NCBI GenBank assembly: GCA_030141605.1
Contig: JAQGDQ010000649.1
Location: 29,289 to 51,784 of the forward strand
DNA from: Tubiluchus corallicola
Taxonomy: Eukaryota; Animalia; Priapulida
Length of the DNA stretch: 22,496 nucleotides
Direction of reading: 5' to 3'
The notes beneath the pieces are model-generated. The model saw nothing but the letters and a program-made list of their open reading frames with translations. It did not search any database and was not told the DNA's origin. Numbering within the stretch: the first letter of the stretch is position 1; every line of letters starts with the position of its first letter. Made by a program: the position numbers and the translations under genes. Shown in pieces: positions 1 through 9,190 of this stretch.

Positions 1-327
1 CACAGCAATACGTAACTGAACGAAGCAATATCGAGTAGTTACGTATTGCTAGTTTATCAACGCCCTTTACAGCGCAAGCAAAACACATTACAGTTTCAAC
101 ACAATAATATGAAGGCACCTTACATTGATAGCAACTGTAAAGATAAGTAAAAATAAACTAACGCATCATCTTCTATCTCACAATTTAATTTCAAAAAACG
201 CAACATGGTTTCTTAAAGAAATATGTGGGCGTCTACACAAACGCTTGAATGTATAAATGATTGTAATTACATGTAGATGTTAAAAAGAGTATTGATATCT
301 TTGCATAGATTTTGCTGAAACTTTCAA

Positions 328-401
328 TAGTGTAGTGTAGTGTAGTGTAGTCCGTGTAGTGTAATAGTGTAGTAGTGTAATAGTGTAATAGTGTAGTCCG
401 T
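328..401. repeat. Degenerate (TAGTG)n / (TAATAGTG)n simple repeat
   Basis: Read directly from the sequence. Confidence 0.85.
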
Positions 402-995
402 GGCAAACTCATATGTAAACTCAGCAGTTATTGAATTTTAGCAGATCTGTTAGCTTGTGTACATACATAACTTATAAACGTGTCTATCTCGCTGAAAAAC
501 TTCTATACAGGTTATACCTTATAGTCAATCAGCGTTTGATTAAGTGCCCGTTGCACTTATTATAAATGTACTTATGATTGCAATGTTTGTTGTCAAATAA
601 AAATATTATTTAACCTAAAACCGTGCGTAGAACAAGAAGATGTAAGCAGAATCTTAAGAAAGAGGTGGCCTTGATAAACTGTATCTGCTGAGACTAACTA
701 AACGACTAAAGTTGCTGATTTTGCATTCCAGCTATGTAGGTACGTTCTTCACGTATTTTCTTGGCACCAATTTATTATCCAAACTCGGACTCATTTTTTA
801 CAGTTTTGAAGTTCCACGTCAGTCGTTTATTTCAACTGACGAACATTGAAAAATAACTCAGTTAAAGTGGCGTTAAGGTTGTCCCAAGAGCAGAGCCACT
901 CTTGAATAGTTATCTTTTGTAAACATGTTTATAGTCCGTGCATGTTTTTGATATTGTATTTTATCTATCTTAATCTTTTTATATAAGCCTATATA

Positions 996-1085
996 TATCG
1001 TGCACAACGTACAGTACTATTATGTAGACAACAGTACTATATAGTACTGTTGTCTACATAATAGTACTGTACTTTGTGCACGATA
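996..1085. repeat. 90-bp spacerless palindrome (45-bp arms, 1 mismatch), possibly a TA-flanked MITE
   Basis: 996-1040 is the reverse complement of 1041-1085 except at 1008/1073. The outermost bases are TA on both sides. Confidence 0.9.
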
Positions 1086-1171
1086 AAAATTCAATAAACA
1101 AGCCTAGTTATCGTAATAACGGCGTCTAACAGGCTGTATTTTGAATACTTAGAGCTATTTGAATTTTATTC

Positions 1172-2673
1172 ATAATAACTCCTAATGCGTTATGTAAGTA
1201 CTCTTAGTTGAAGTTCATATCAGAATAACTGGCCTAATGGGTTATGTAAGTATTCTCAGTTGAAATTCATATCAGAATAACTGCCCTAATGGGTTATGTA
1301 AGTATTCTCAGTTGAAATTCATATCAGAATAACTGCCCTAATGGGTTATGTAAGTACTCTTAGTTGAAGTTCATATCAGAATAACTGCCCTAATGGGTTA
1401 TGTAAGTACTCTTAGTTGAAATTCATATCAGAATAACTGCCCTAATGGGTTATGTAAGTAGTCTTAGTTGAAATTCATATCAGAATAACTGCCCTAATGG
1501 GTTATGTAAGTAGTCTTAGTTGAAGTTCATATCAGAATAACTGCCCTAGTGGGTTACGGAATAACTGCCCTAATGGGTTATGTAAGTACTCTTAGTTGAA
1601 ATTCATATCAGAATAACTGCCCTAATGGGTTATGTAAGTAGTCTTAGTTGAAATTCATATCAGAATAACTGCCCTAATGGGTTATGTAAGTAGTCTTAGT
1701 TGAAATTCATATCAGAATAACTGCCCTAATGGGTTATGTAAGTAGTCTTAGTTGAAATTCATATCAGAATAACTGCCCTAGTGGGTTACGGAATAACTGC
1801 CCTAATGGGTTATGTAAGTAGTCTTAGTTGAAATTCATATCAGAATAACTGCCCTAATGGGTTATGTAAGTAGTCTTAGTTGAAATTCATATCAGAATAA
1901 CTGCCCTAATGGGTTATGTAAGTAGTCTTAGTTGAAGTTCATATCAGAATAACTGCCCTAGTGGGTTACGGAATAACTGCCCTAATGGGTTATGTAAGTA
2001 CTCTTAGTTGAAATTCATATCAGAATAACTGCCCTAATGGGTTATGTAAGTACTCTTAGTTGAAATTCATATCAGAATAACTGCCCTAATGGGTTATGTA
2101 AGTAGTCTTAGTTGAAATTCATATCAGAATAACTGCCCTAATGGGTTATGTAAGTACTCTTAGTTGAAGTTCATATCAGAATAACTGCCCTAATCGGTTA
2201 TGTAAGTAGTCTTAGTTGAAATTCATATCAGAATAACTGCCCTAATGGGTTATGTAAGTAGTCTTAGTTGAAATTCATATCAGAATAACTGCCCTAGTGG
2301 GTTACGGAATAACTGCCCTAATGGGTTATGTAAGTAGTCTTAGTTGAAATTCATATCAGAATAACTGCCCTAATGGGTTATGTAAGTAGTCTTAGTTGAA
2401 ATTCATATCAGAATAACTGCCCTAGTGGGTTACGGAATAACTGCCCTAATGGGTTATGTAAGTAGTCTTAGTTGAAGTTCATATCAGAATAACTGCCCTA
2501 ATGGGTTATGTAAGTAATCTTAGTTGAAGTTCATATCAGAATAACTGCCCTAGTGGGTTACGGAATAACTGCCCTAATGGGTTATGTAAGTAGTCTTAGT
2601 TGAAATTCATATCAGAATAACTGCCCTAATGGGTTATGTAAGTAGTCTTAGTTGAAATTCATATCAGAATAAC
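1172..2673. repeat. 52-bp minisatellite (~26 copies) with six interspersed 24-bp truncated units
   Basis: The unit is GAATAACTGCCCTAATGGGTTATGTAAGTAGTCTTAGTTGAAATTCATATCA. The short variant GAATAACTGCCCTAGTGGGTTACG starts at 1535, 1767, 1947, 2283, 2411 and 2539. Confidence 0.97.
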
Positions 2674-3238
2674 TCTCTAATCCGCTCTGGATATTTTTTA
2701 AAAGTCTTTGTTGTACACCACGCAGTTCTGAGTACTTGTAATTGTTAGTGTTACTTCTACGAAACTTTTTAATTCTCTAATCCACCCTTGAACAAATATC
2801 CAGCAGAAGTATTTATAGCACTCAGCATTGTCTTTCAATAACACGCCAGACAACACATATGGCCCGCGGAATTTCAAGCAAATTTCACTTTCGTTTTATC
2901 ATGACCCAGATGCACAATGAGATGAACGAATTCAATTGACCCACATTTATATTTTGATGGGCAGGTCTCGCGCGTTGAAAAGCTGTAATCTACCTCCGGC
3001 TGTGTCTTTTAAAAAGATAAACAATTACAATGTAAGTAGGTGTGTAACTTTCACTGTCGTTTGACTGATTAAGTGATTAACATTAAATTTAAACGTTGAT
3101 TACAAGATAACGACAGTAAGATTGATAATGAGTCATATGAGGATTAACTTCAAAATCTATGATTTCAATTTCTTAGTTAAATTGAACTTTAAATGTCTTA
3201 ACTCTACACCTTACTTACCCTACTGTTTATAACTCAGA

Positions 3239-3456
3239 CAGACAGGCAAACACACAGACACGATTTATTTACTGTCGCTCGTTTAACAGACAACATTAGC
3301 ACTAACGGCTATTTAGCGATTTACAACAATACAGATAAACACACAACGCACTTATAACGAATAACATGTAGGGTACATATCCTGGCGTAGGCAACCGCTA
3401 GTATCGAACTCGAGACTGCGTGGTTGAAGTCTGAAATCTAAACCACTCAGCCACCC
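3239..3456 (-). mobile_element. tRNA-derived SINE (diverged)
   Basis: On the minus strand there is a Pol III A box TGGCTGAGTGG (3453-3443) and a B box GAGTTCGATAC (3411-3401). The 3' end has AATAAA followed by a degenerate (GTCT)n tail. AACTCAGA is repeated at 3231-3238 and 3457-3464 as a possible TSD. Confidence 0.65.
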
Positions 3457-3741
3457 AACTCAGAATAAAACTGGCCACCATAGATTCTCAGTTTCTAGCC
3501 TATTCACGATAAATGGTTTAACTAAACGGTATAGGTCAAACTGCCCCAAAGAGCTATACTTCACCACGCGCTGTTAACATTGAGACGGTTCACTCCGCTT
3601 GGAACTGCTATTTTTTGCGAAAGTTTAACCTAAACCCTATCTATCCTGAACGGGTTTACTCGAACCCTACTCGTATGTTCATGGAAGTAGTTTACCAAAC
3701 GGTGTTTACATTAAACTGGAATACACGAACTGTTTACTCAC

Positions 3742-4422
3742 CCAGAAAAGGAAATTGCTGAAAAACATGACGTATTTGATACAACCGGAAACAAATGTTT
3801 TCTTCTCATTCTTGTCTAAAAGTGGCTTCTTTCTGCGCTGGTGTACCGCCTCTACAAGAGGCTTCTTTCTGTGTTGGTGTACTGTCACTCGATGGTCTGT
3901 CGATGGACGTTTCTTGTGATCACAGTTGCTGGATGAAGACATTTTGTCTCCAGAAGTTGAAGAATTGGGCTTGTGTCTGGAGCTGGATGACTCCGCACTT
4001 TCCCTTGAATTCGAAGACGCCACTTTGTCTTCGAAACTGGACGGTGACACTTTGTTGTTGGAGCTTGATGAAGCCATGTTGTTGGAAAAATCTGATGGCG
4101 GCATTTTGTTTCTGGAATTTGATAACGTGATTTTGCTGTAAAAGTGTGATGGCGACAGTTTATCTCTTGAACTTGATGGAAGGAGTTTGTCCCTGGAACT
4201 TGACGTCACCATCATGTTTCTCGAGTTTGATGACGTCATTTTGTTAATGGAGCTCGAGGAACTCTGATACAGCAGCCCATTGTCTTCTGAGCCGGATGAC
4301 ATTCTATTACTACTTCTTGATATCGAACTGTTGGAGGATTCTGAAGGAGGCAACGGTTTTGACCTCGTTCTGGAATGGCGCAGGTCTGATTCAGCATTTC
4401 GGTGGTTTTGAACTGATGCCAT
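3742..4422 (-). CDS. Coding exon of a tetraspanin (TspanC8 subgroup, Tspan33-like): long Ser-rich N-terminal tail plus the start of TM1; downstream exons not found in this window
   Basis: The translation ends ...KKTFVSGCIKYVMFFSNFLFW. This matches the tetraspanin N-terminal/TM1 motif (TSPAN33 FVSPLVKYLLFFFNMLFW, TSPAN5 VSCCIKYFIFGFNVIFW). A phase-0 GTGAGT donor (3741-3736) follows the Trp codon, where TspanC8 genes typically have an intron. The acceptor tttgtttatctttgcag has its AG at 4430-4429, so the exon is 4428-3742. The ATG at 4422 is in an AAAATGG context and is followed by 227 open codons in total. Confidence 0.85.
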
Positions 4423-4629
4423 TTTATTCTGCAAAGATAAACAAACGTACTCAGTTACTCACTTACTCAAGTACTCAGTTACAAATAAAGTAGGAAAAGC
4501 AAAAACTTTCAATTTCTAATCTACCGCTTGATCGAAATCTAATTCACTTTGCTTAGTAATCTGAACCACTTTGTCACGTCATTTGTCAGTGGGTGTGTCT
4601 GTCAAGGTTATCATAATTACGATTATCGG

Positions 4630-4667
4630 CATCATCATCATCATCATCATTGTCGTCGTCGTCGTCA
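4630..4667. repeat. (CAT)n(GTC)n short microsatellite
   Basis: Read directly from the sequence. Confidence 0.85.
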
Positions 4668-5181
4668 TGATACCGTCATCGTCACTAGGTACTATTACTG
4701 TCACTAGGTACCCTATTATTAGGTTGTCCATATGGACTTTATCATGATGTGTAATCTGCGTTAAAGGATGAGTGACCATAATTTAAAATCAACCATAGTG
4801 AAGCAACGGCTGGCTGGCTGACTAACTTGGAATTCTTGGTCAATTTTTGCACTAAAAACTATTACAAAACTACAAATTTTATAGGAGACTAATTTAATGC
4901 ATCACAAAAAGGTAAGATTCCGGCCAAATATGGGCCTGAGCATGAGGCGCGCTGCAAAGAGACACCTTTCCACCAAAAATCAGCTCTTAGAGTAAACTCA
5001 GAAAGTTGGGTGGTTAAATCTGTACACATTGCTTCGTGGGGTGAATTTTGCTTGTGCAGTGATTTTGCTTTAGGGGTTTGTCTAAGATTAAGGGAACATT
5101 AAAACTCAAAACATTGCTGTATTGTTGTTGAGCGTATAATATTGTGCTTTAGTCTTGGAGAGCAAAAACATCACATATGAT

Positions 5182-5679
5182 GATTGTTGTTGTTGTTGGC
5201 ATCCTTCTGTCTCGGAAGACAATGGAATGTGCGCCAAGAGAGTCTGATCCTTGAACGTCTCCAGGACGCACGCCTGGGCAAAGTGTATGGAGCTCCTGAG
5301 TTGCCCAGACATCAGGAACCCCCTCTCTTCCTCCCTGGTGCAGTCCAAAGGAAAGCAGAGCGACACGTTTGGCACCAGGTTGGCTGCAGAAGCTGCCGGA
5401 GTCAGTGAGCATGCTGCACTGGTCCACCTTCGGGGCTCCACTCCTGATTTGGAAAGTTCACTCCACTACACATGGCCGTTGGGTCGGGTCACTTGATCTC
5501 CTCCTTGGCTCCTTGTGCAGTTCATCCGCCTAGTGTCGAGATACAGTGTGGGCATCCCGCAAGCCTACAGCACCTGGTATTCCTAGGCGGTCACCCATCC
5601 AAGCACTAACCAGGCTCTACGTTGCTTAACTTCGGTGATCAGACGAGAACCGGTGTTTTCAACGTGATTTTGCCGTAGC
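5182..5679 (-). mobile_element. 5S rRNA-derived SINE (SINE3) with a ~360-bp GC-rich body and a (CAA)5 tail
   Basis: The 5S head at 5679-5561 runs straight into a non-rRNA body with no oligo-T terminator. The body ends ...CCATTGTCTTCCGAGACAGAAGGATGC(CAA)5. The direct repeat ACATATGAT flanks both sides (5173-5181 and 5680-5688) as a target-site duplication. Confidence 0.85.
5561..5679 (-). rRNA. 5S rRNA-derived sequence (SINE head, not a canonical rDNA unit)
   Basis: The reverse complement GCTACGGCAAAATCACGTTGAAAACACCGGTTCTCGTCTGATCACCGAAGTTAAGCAACGTAGAGCCTGGTTAGTGCTTGGATGGGTGACCGCCTAGGAATACCAGGTGCTGTAGGCTT is a near full-length invertebrate-type 5S rRNA. The A-box and C-box regions are recognisable and the 5' end is diverged. 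Confidence 0.9.
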
Positions 5680-6564
5680 ACATATGATAATAGACCTTGC
5701 TTATTCTAAACGGTTAATTTTTGTGACGTCGAAAACTCTGCACGGAAAGCTTTTAAACTTGCATTATTACGACGTCAACGTTTTGTAAGCTCGAGTAACC
5801 CAGAAAATGACAAAACTGTGTTAGAGCCTAAAGTCAGTAGGATTGTTCAAGGCTGCGCAACAATCTTCGTTCAATGAATTCTACTGTCACCATTACAGAA
5901 AAACTAGAGCCACGTGAATGACAATTGAATGTTTTTTAGCGCTTGTTTCTATTGAGTGGTTGTAGCAAACCTTTATTTAACTTCCTAAAGCAGTAGATCT
6001 TTATTAGTTTATTATTTTCACATTCAGTGCAGTATAATGACATTAAGCACACAGTGACATGAAAATTATTACGTCATACTGTATTAAATTGTTATGTTTC
6101 ATACGCTATTGTTATCACAAAAGAATATTTGCACTGCAGTGGGCTAGAGAAGTAAAGGCTTGTATAAGCCTACTGTCATGTGAACCCGATAAAATAATGG
6201 ATGAGTGAAAAAAAGAACTGGGAGAAAGGTTAGATCACTCGGTAGAAGGATGTGTTAGTGGAAATGGTAGCAAGAAAGATAATAGATTGTTCTATGTTGA
6301 CATCAGCTCTAAAGATTTATCAATGATGCCTTGTTTTGCATAATCTGTACCAGGATTGTGGTATGACTGCTGCAGTAGGTGCACGATATCTTTTCGTGTA
6401 ACGCTTATATTAGCCAGCTTCTGAGTACATCCCAGTATGATAACTATTACCAAAATTTAAAAGGCCGCCAGCTTATGAATTTTCTTGCTACATATTACCT
6501 ATAGGTAGCTCACTGTTTTGCATAAATACGTCATACTAATGATCACAACATTCGGATCACTTAC

Positions 6565-6606
6565 CGGTCTGCTGAAATTGTTCTTGTAACAACAAAACTT
6601 GTGTAT
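6565..6606 (-). other. Candidate 42-nt upstream exon of the tetraspanin gene
   Basis: The acceptor ttgcttctctattttaag has its AG at 6608-6607 and the donor is CCG|GTAAGT (6564-6559). The 14 codons are open and read IHKFCCYKNNFSRP. No homology or transcript support. Confidence 0.35.
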
Positions 6607-7555
6607 CTTAAAATAGAGAAGCAACCTACTACAGTAACGCTACTCAATTAAGTTCTGCGTATTTAATCGTTGTAATATGTGTTTAAACATCGTTGCAATT
6701 TCCGAAAATGCTTGAAAAATGACCAACTCAATCCGTTTTTACCGGAAAGCAAGGGTTCTTGCAATTTGATGTCGTGTCTTTGCTTACAATGATGTTTTGC
6801 ACTCGTAAGCTTATACTAGACTCGTTGAGCAATAAGCAGATGAGGCCTCCAACCCTTCGCACCCTCAGCTCAGTGGGTAGTGGTTCATTTGCGTCTCAGT
6901 TTTCAGTGGGTCAAACATCTTCAAAACACCGCAAGCATGTTGAGGTGTATTATAGTTGAAGGACGCTTCTCTATATCTTTATCACTGATGTATCGATTTT
7001 CGATGAACTACGTGACAACGTGGCATAACGACTTGGAGAGTTTACGAATAAACAAACTGTCAATCAACCTCAATTGTGATCTTGCCAAAACAACCGCTAC
7101 CACTTTTTGGAAATGACTGAAAATGATGAGAAAATTATTGGTGTACTTCCAGAGGGGGCCATTGTTTATTGGAAGTGATGGATAATTATTTAGCATTGAA
7201 ATGTAACTAGTTCTATAACACCCAGACACAAACAACCGAACCCATGGCTACCATGTTGGCCATGGTCGAATTACAAACAGTAGCAACTTAGCAACCTAGC
7301 TCAAAGTTTAGAGAAAGCATTAACATCAATTTGATTTGTTTCGACGGGCAATAAACTGTTCTACAGTGGGTTAGTTACAAGGTAAAATAAAAGAGATTTA
7401 CTGCTCAGAAAATTAGCAGAAATGTGCGCAGGGCATTCAGTTTAAGTTAGCAAAGTTACACGGTAGAAAATATTTGTGGGCATTTTATAACGAAGTAATG
7501 CTCTAGTAAAAATATTTTTTAGTTTCTTCAAGGCTAACCAGTGGTCAGTTAATGG

Positions 7556-7888
7556 CGCGGCCGGAGTTTGAATTTGTAGGCCTCTGGGCTATAGATACCG
7601 TGAAGACCCAGCCCCAGTGACAATTAACAAAAGCACCAATGTTGGATTCTTTAAATCAGAAGGATAAGAAATATTCTGATGTTTGCAAAATTAAAATAAG
7701 TTTTTGCAATGCTAAATATAACACGTTAACACGTACAAGTTACAATAAATAAATTACTGGCATTTTAAGGTGCAACGTAATACATACTGTTACTAGTACT
7801 AATGAACTTTTCATGGTAAATTAATTTCACTTAGTCTTTAGAGGTCCCGGGCTGCAGCTCATAAAGCGCATGCGCTAATTCGGCACTG
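7556..7888. mobile_element. Older, diverged hAT-type MITE
   Basis: The right end is ...GCGCATGCGCTAATTCGGCACTG (reverse complement CAGTGCCGAATTA) and the left end is a degenerate CGCGGCCGGAGTT. The flanks GTTAATGG (7548-7555) and TTTAATGG (7889-7896) match at 7 of 8 positions as a TSD. GGGCT subterminal motifs occur on both sides. Confidence 0.55.
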
Positions 7889-7932
7889 TTTAATGGGAAT
7901 ATATTGCATTAAACTTCTTAAGATTTACGCCT

Positions 7933-8355
7933 GTTATAACCGCTTTGCGTGATCGCGTTTTACATTTGTCAAGTTCTAAGTTATAACCGCTTTGCGTAAT
8001 CGTGTTTTACATTTGTCAAGTTCTAAGTTATAACCGCTTTGCGTAATCGTGTTTTACGTTTTGTCAAGTTCTAAGTTATAACCGCTTTGCGTAATCGCCT
8101 TTTACATTTGTAAAGTTCTAAGTTATAACCGCTTTGCGTAATCGTGTTTTACATTTGTCAAGTTCTAAGTTATAACCGCTTTGCGTAATGGCCTTTTACA
8201 TTTCTCAAGTTCTAAGTTATAACCGCTTTGCGTAATCGTGTTTTACGTTTGTCAAGTTCTAAGTTATAACCGCTTTGCGTAATCGTGTTTTACATTTGTC
8301 AAGTTCTAAGTTATAACCGCTTTGCGTAATCGCGTTTTACATTTGTCAAGTCTAA
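7933..8355. repeat. 47-bp minisatellite, 9 copies
   Basis: The unit GTTATAACCGCTTTGCGTAATCGTGTTTTACATTTGTCAAGTTCTAA is repeated head-to-tail. Confidence 0.97.
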
Positions 8356-8597
8356 TAATCCGGTATGTCCTTTATTGAACAAACGTAAATTGGACTGACA
8401 GTTCTAACGTTTGATACGGGAATTTTAAAAGAGTTAATAGCCGCTTGGCCTGACCTCTATAAAAGGCGATAGAGCTTCCATTAAGTTTTCGCAGATTTCT
8501 CATATCAGTTTATTGATTCTCAACTCTTTTAAAACTTTCTTTAGTTTCAATTGCTTTTGTAATCTCTTGCGCTAATATACAACAAATCTGTTGCTTT

Positions 8598-9190
8598 GTT
8601 AGTTTAAACATAATTTATTATAGGATTGGGTCAGACAGTTTGAACAAAATGATTTAAGATCCTCACCACAACAGACTATATACACTATTTACAAAAACAT
8701 TTACAGTAAGAATAGACTATAACTACACAAGCTGACAAGTTTTACTACAAGATTACATTAGACATTAGTAGAAAATGACGGTTAGAAAATATTAATGTGC
8801 GAATATTTAAGACTGATGCATTTCATATCAGATAGAAACTACTGGAAGCGTTTAGTACGTAATATAAAGTCATGTATACATTGGAATATTTTACAGTTAG
8901 CAACATAGTTAAATTCATCTTTTCCGAATAATAACAACTTCAACAGATCATTAGTTCCTAAAGCAGCTATATTAAGATTTTCGGGTAGAAGTATTTCATT
9001 TAATTTATCAAACATAACAACCCTAGTTTGTTGATACAATGGGCAGTGCAACAAAAAGTGTTCAACAGACTCAAATCGAAATCCACAGTTACAATTTGGC
9101 AATACTGGATGACCGTTATTATCTTTACAGCCTTTAGAGAAAAGGTCATAGTTTAGCTAAGAAAATCCGATTCTATGTTGCTTTGTTAAA
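8598..9190 (-). mobile_element. 5'-truncated CR1-group LINE: ORF2 C-terminus plus 3' UTR (pseudogenised)
   Basis: The frame reads HRIGFS*LNYDLF...CNCGFRFESVEHFLLHCPLY...LLLFG...IFQCIHDFILRTKRF*, the CCHC-containing ORF2 C-terminus typical of aquatic-invertebrate CR1-group elements. There is an in-frame TAG at 9159-9157 and the natural stop is at 8841-8839. The 3' UTR ends ...CCCAATCCTATAATAAATTATGTTTAAAC near 8600. Confidence 0.8.

Noticed and set aside
96-150. Next tetraspanin exon after the acceptor cttatctttacag (AG at 136-135)
   Set aside because: The phase-0 translation LLSM* stops after four codons, so TM1 cannot be completed. The next exon probably lies left of the window.
1172-2673. 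CRISPR array (also considered for 7933-8355, 10713-11198 and 11987-12486)
   Set aside because: The units are head-to-tail with no unique spacers, there are no cas genes, and the context is a eukaryotic intron.
1172-2673. Hammerhead-ribozyme satellite
   Set aside because: The minus strand has CTGATATGA rather than the CUGANGA core, and I found no matching GAAA or three-stem arrangement.
3401-3460. Bona fide tRNA gene
   Set aside because: A and B boxes are present but the cloverleaf stems do not pair, and it is followed by a SINE-like body and tail.
3795-4141. + strand ORFs overlapping the tetraspanin exon
   Set aside because: They are antisense shadows of the Ser-rich repetitive exon and have no recognisable motif.
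4794-5043. Transib-like MITE (CATAGTGAAGCAA ... TTGCTTC)
   Set aside because: Only 7 bp of inverted match, no CACTGTG-like right end and no TSD.
5106-5496. Four overlapping ORFs
   Set aside because: They fall in the GC-rich SINE body, where stops are scarce, and show no protein-like features.
5561-5679. Functional 5S rRNA gene
   Set aside because: It is a solitary copy with a diverged 5' end and no T-run terminator, fused to a tailed body within a TSD.
7008-7235. RT or GIY-YIG remnant on the minus strand (LWKYTNN; LIDSLFIRKL)
   Set aside because: The catalytic DD is absent and the resemblance is too short to distinguish from chance.
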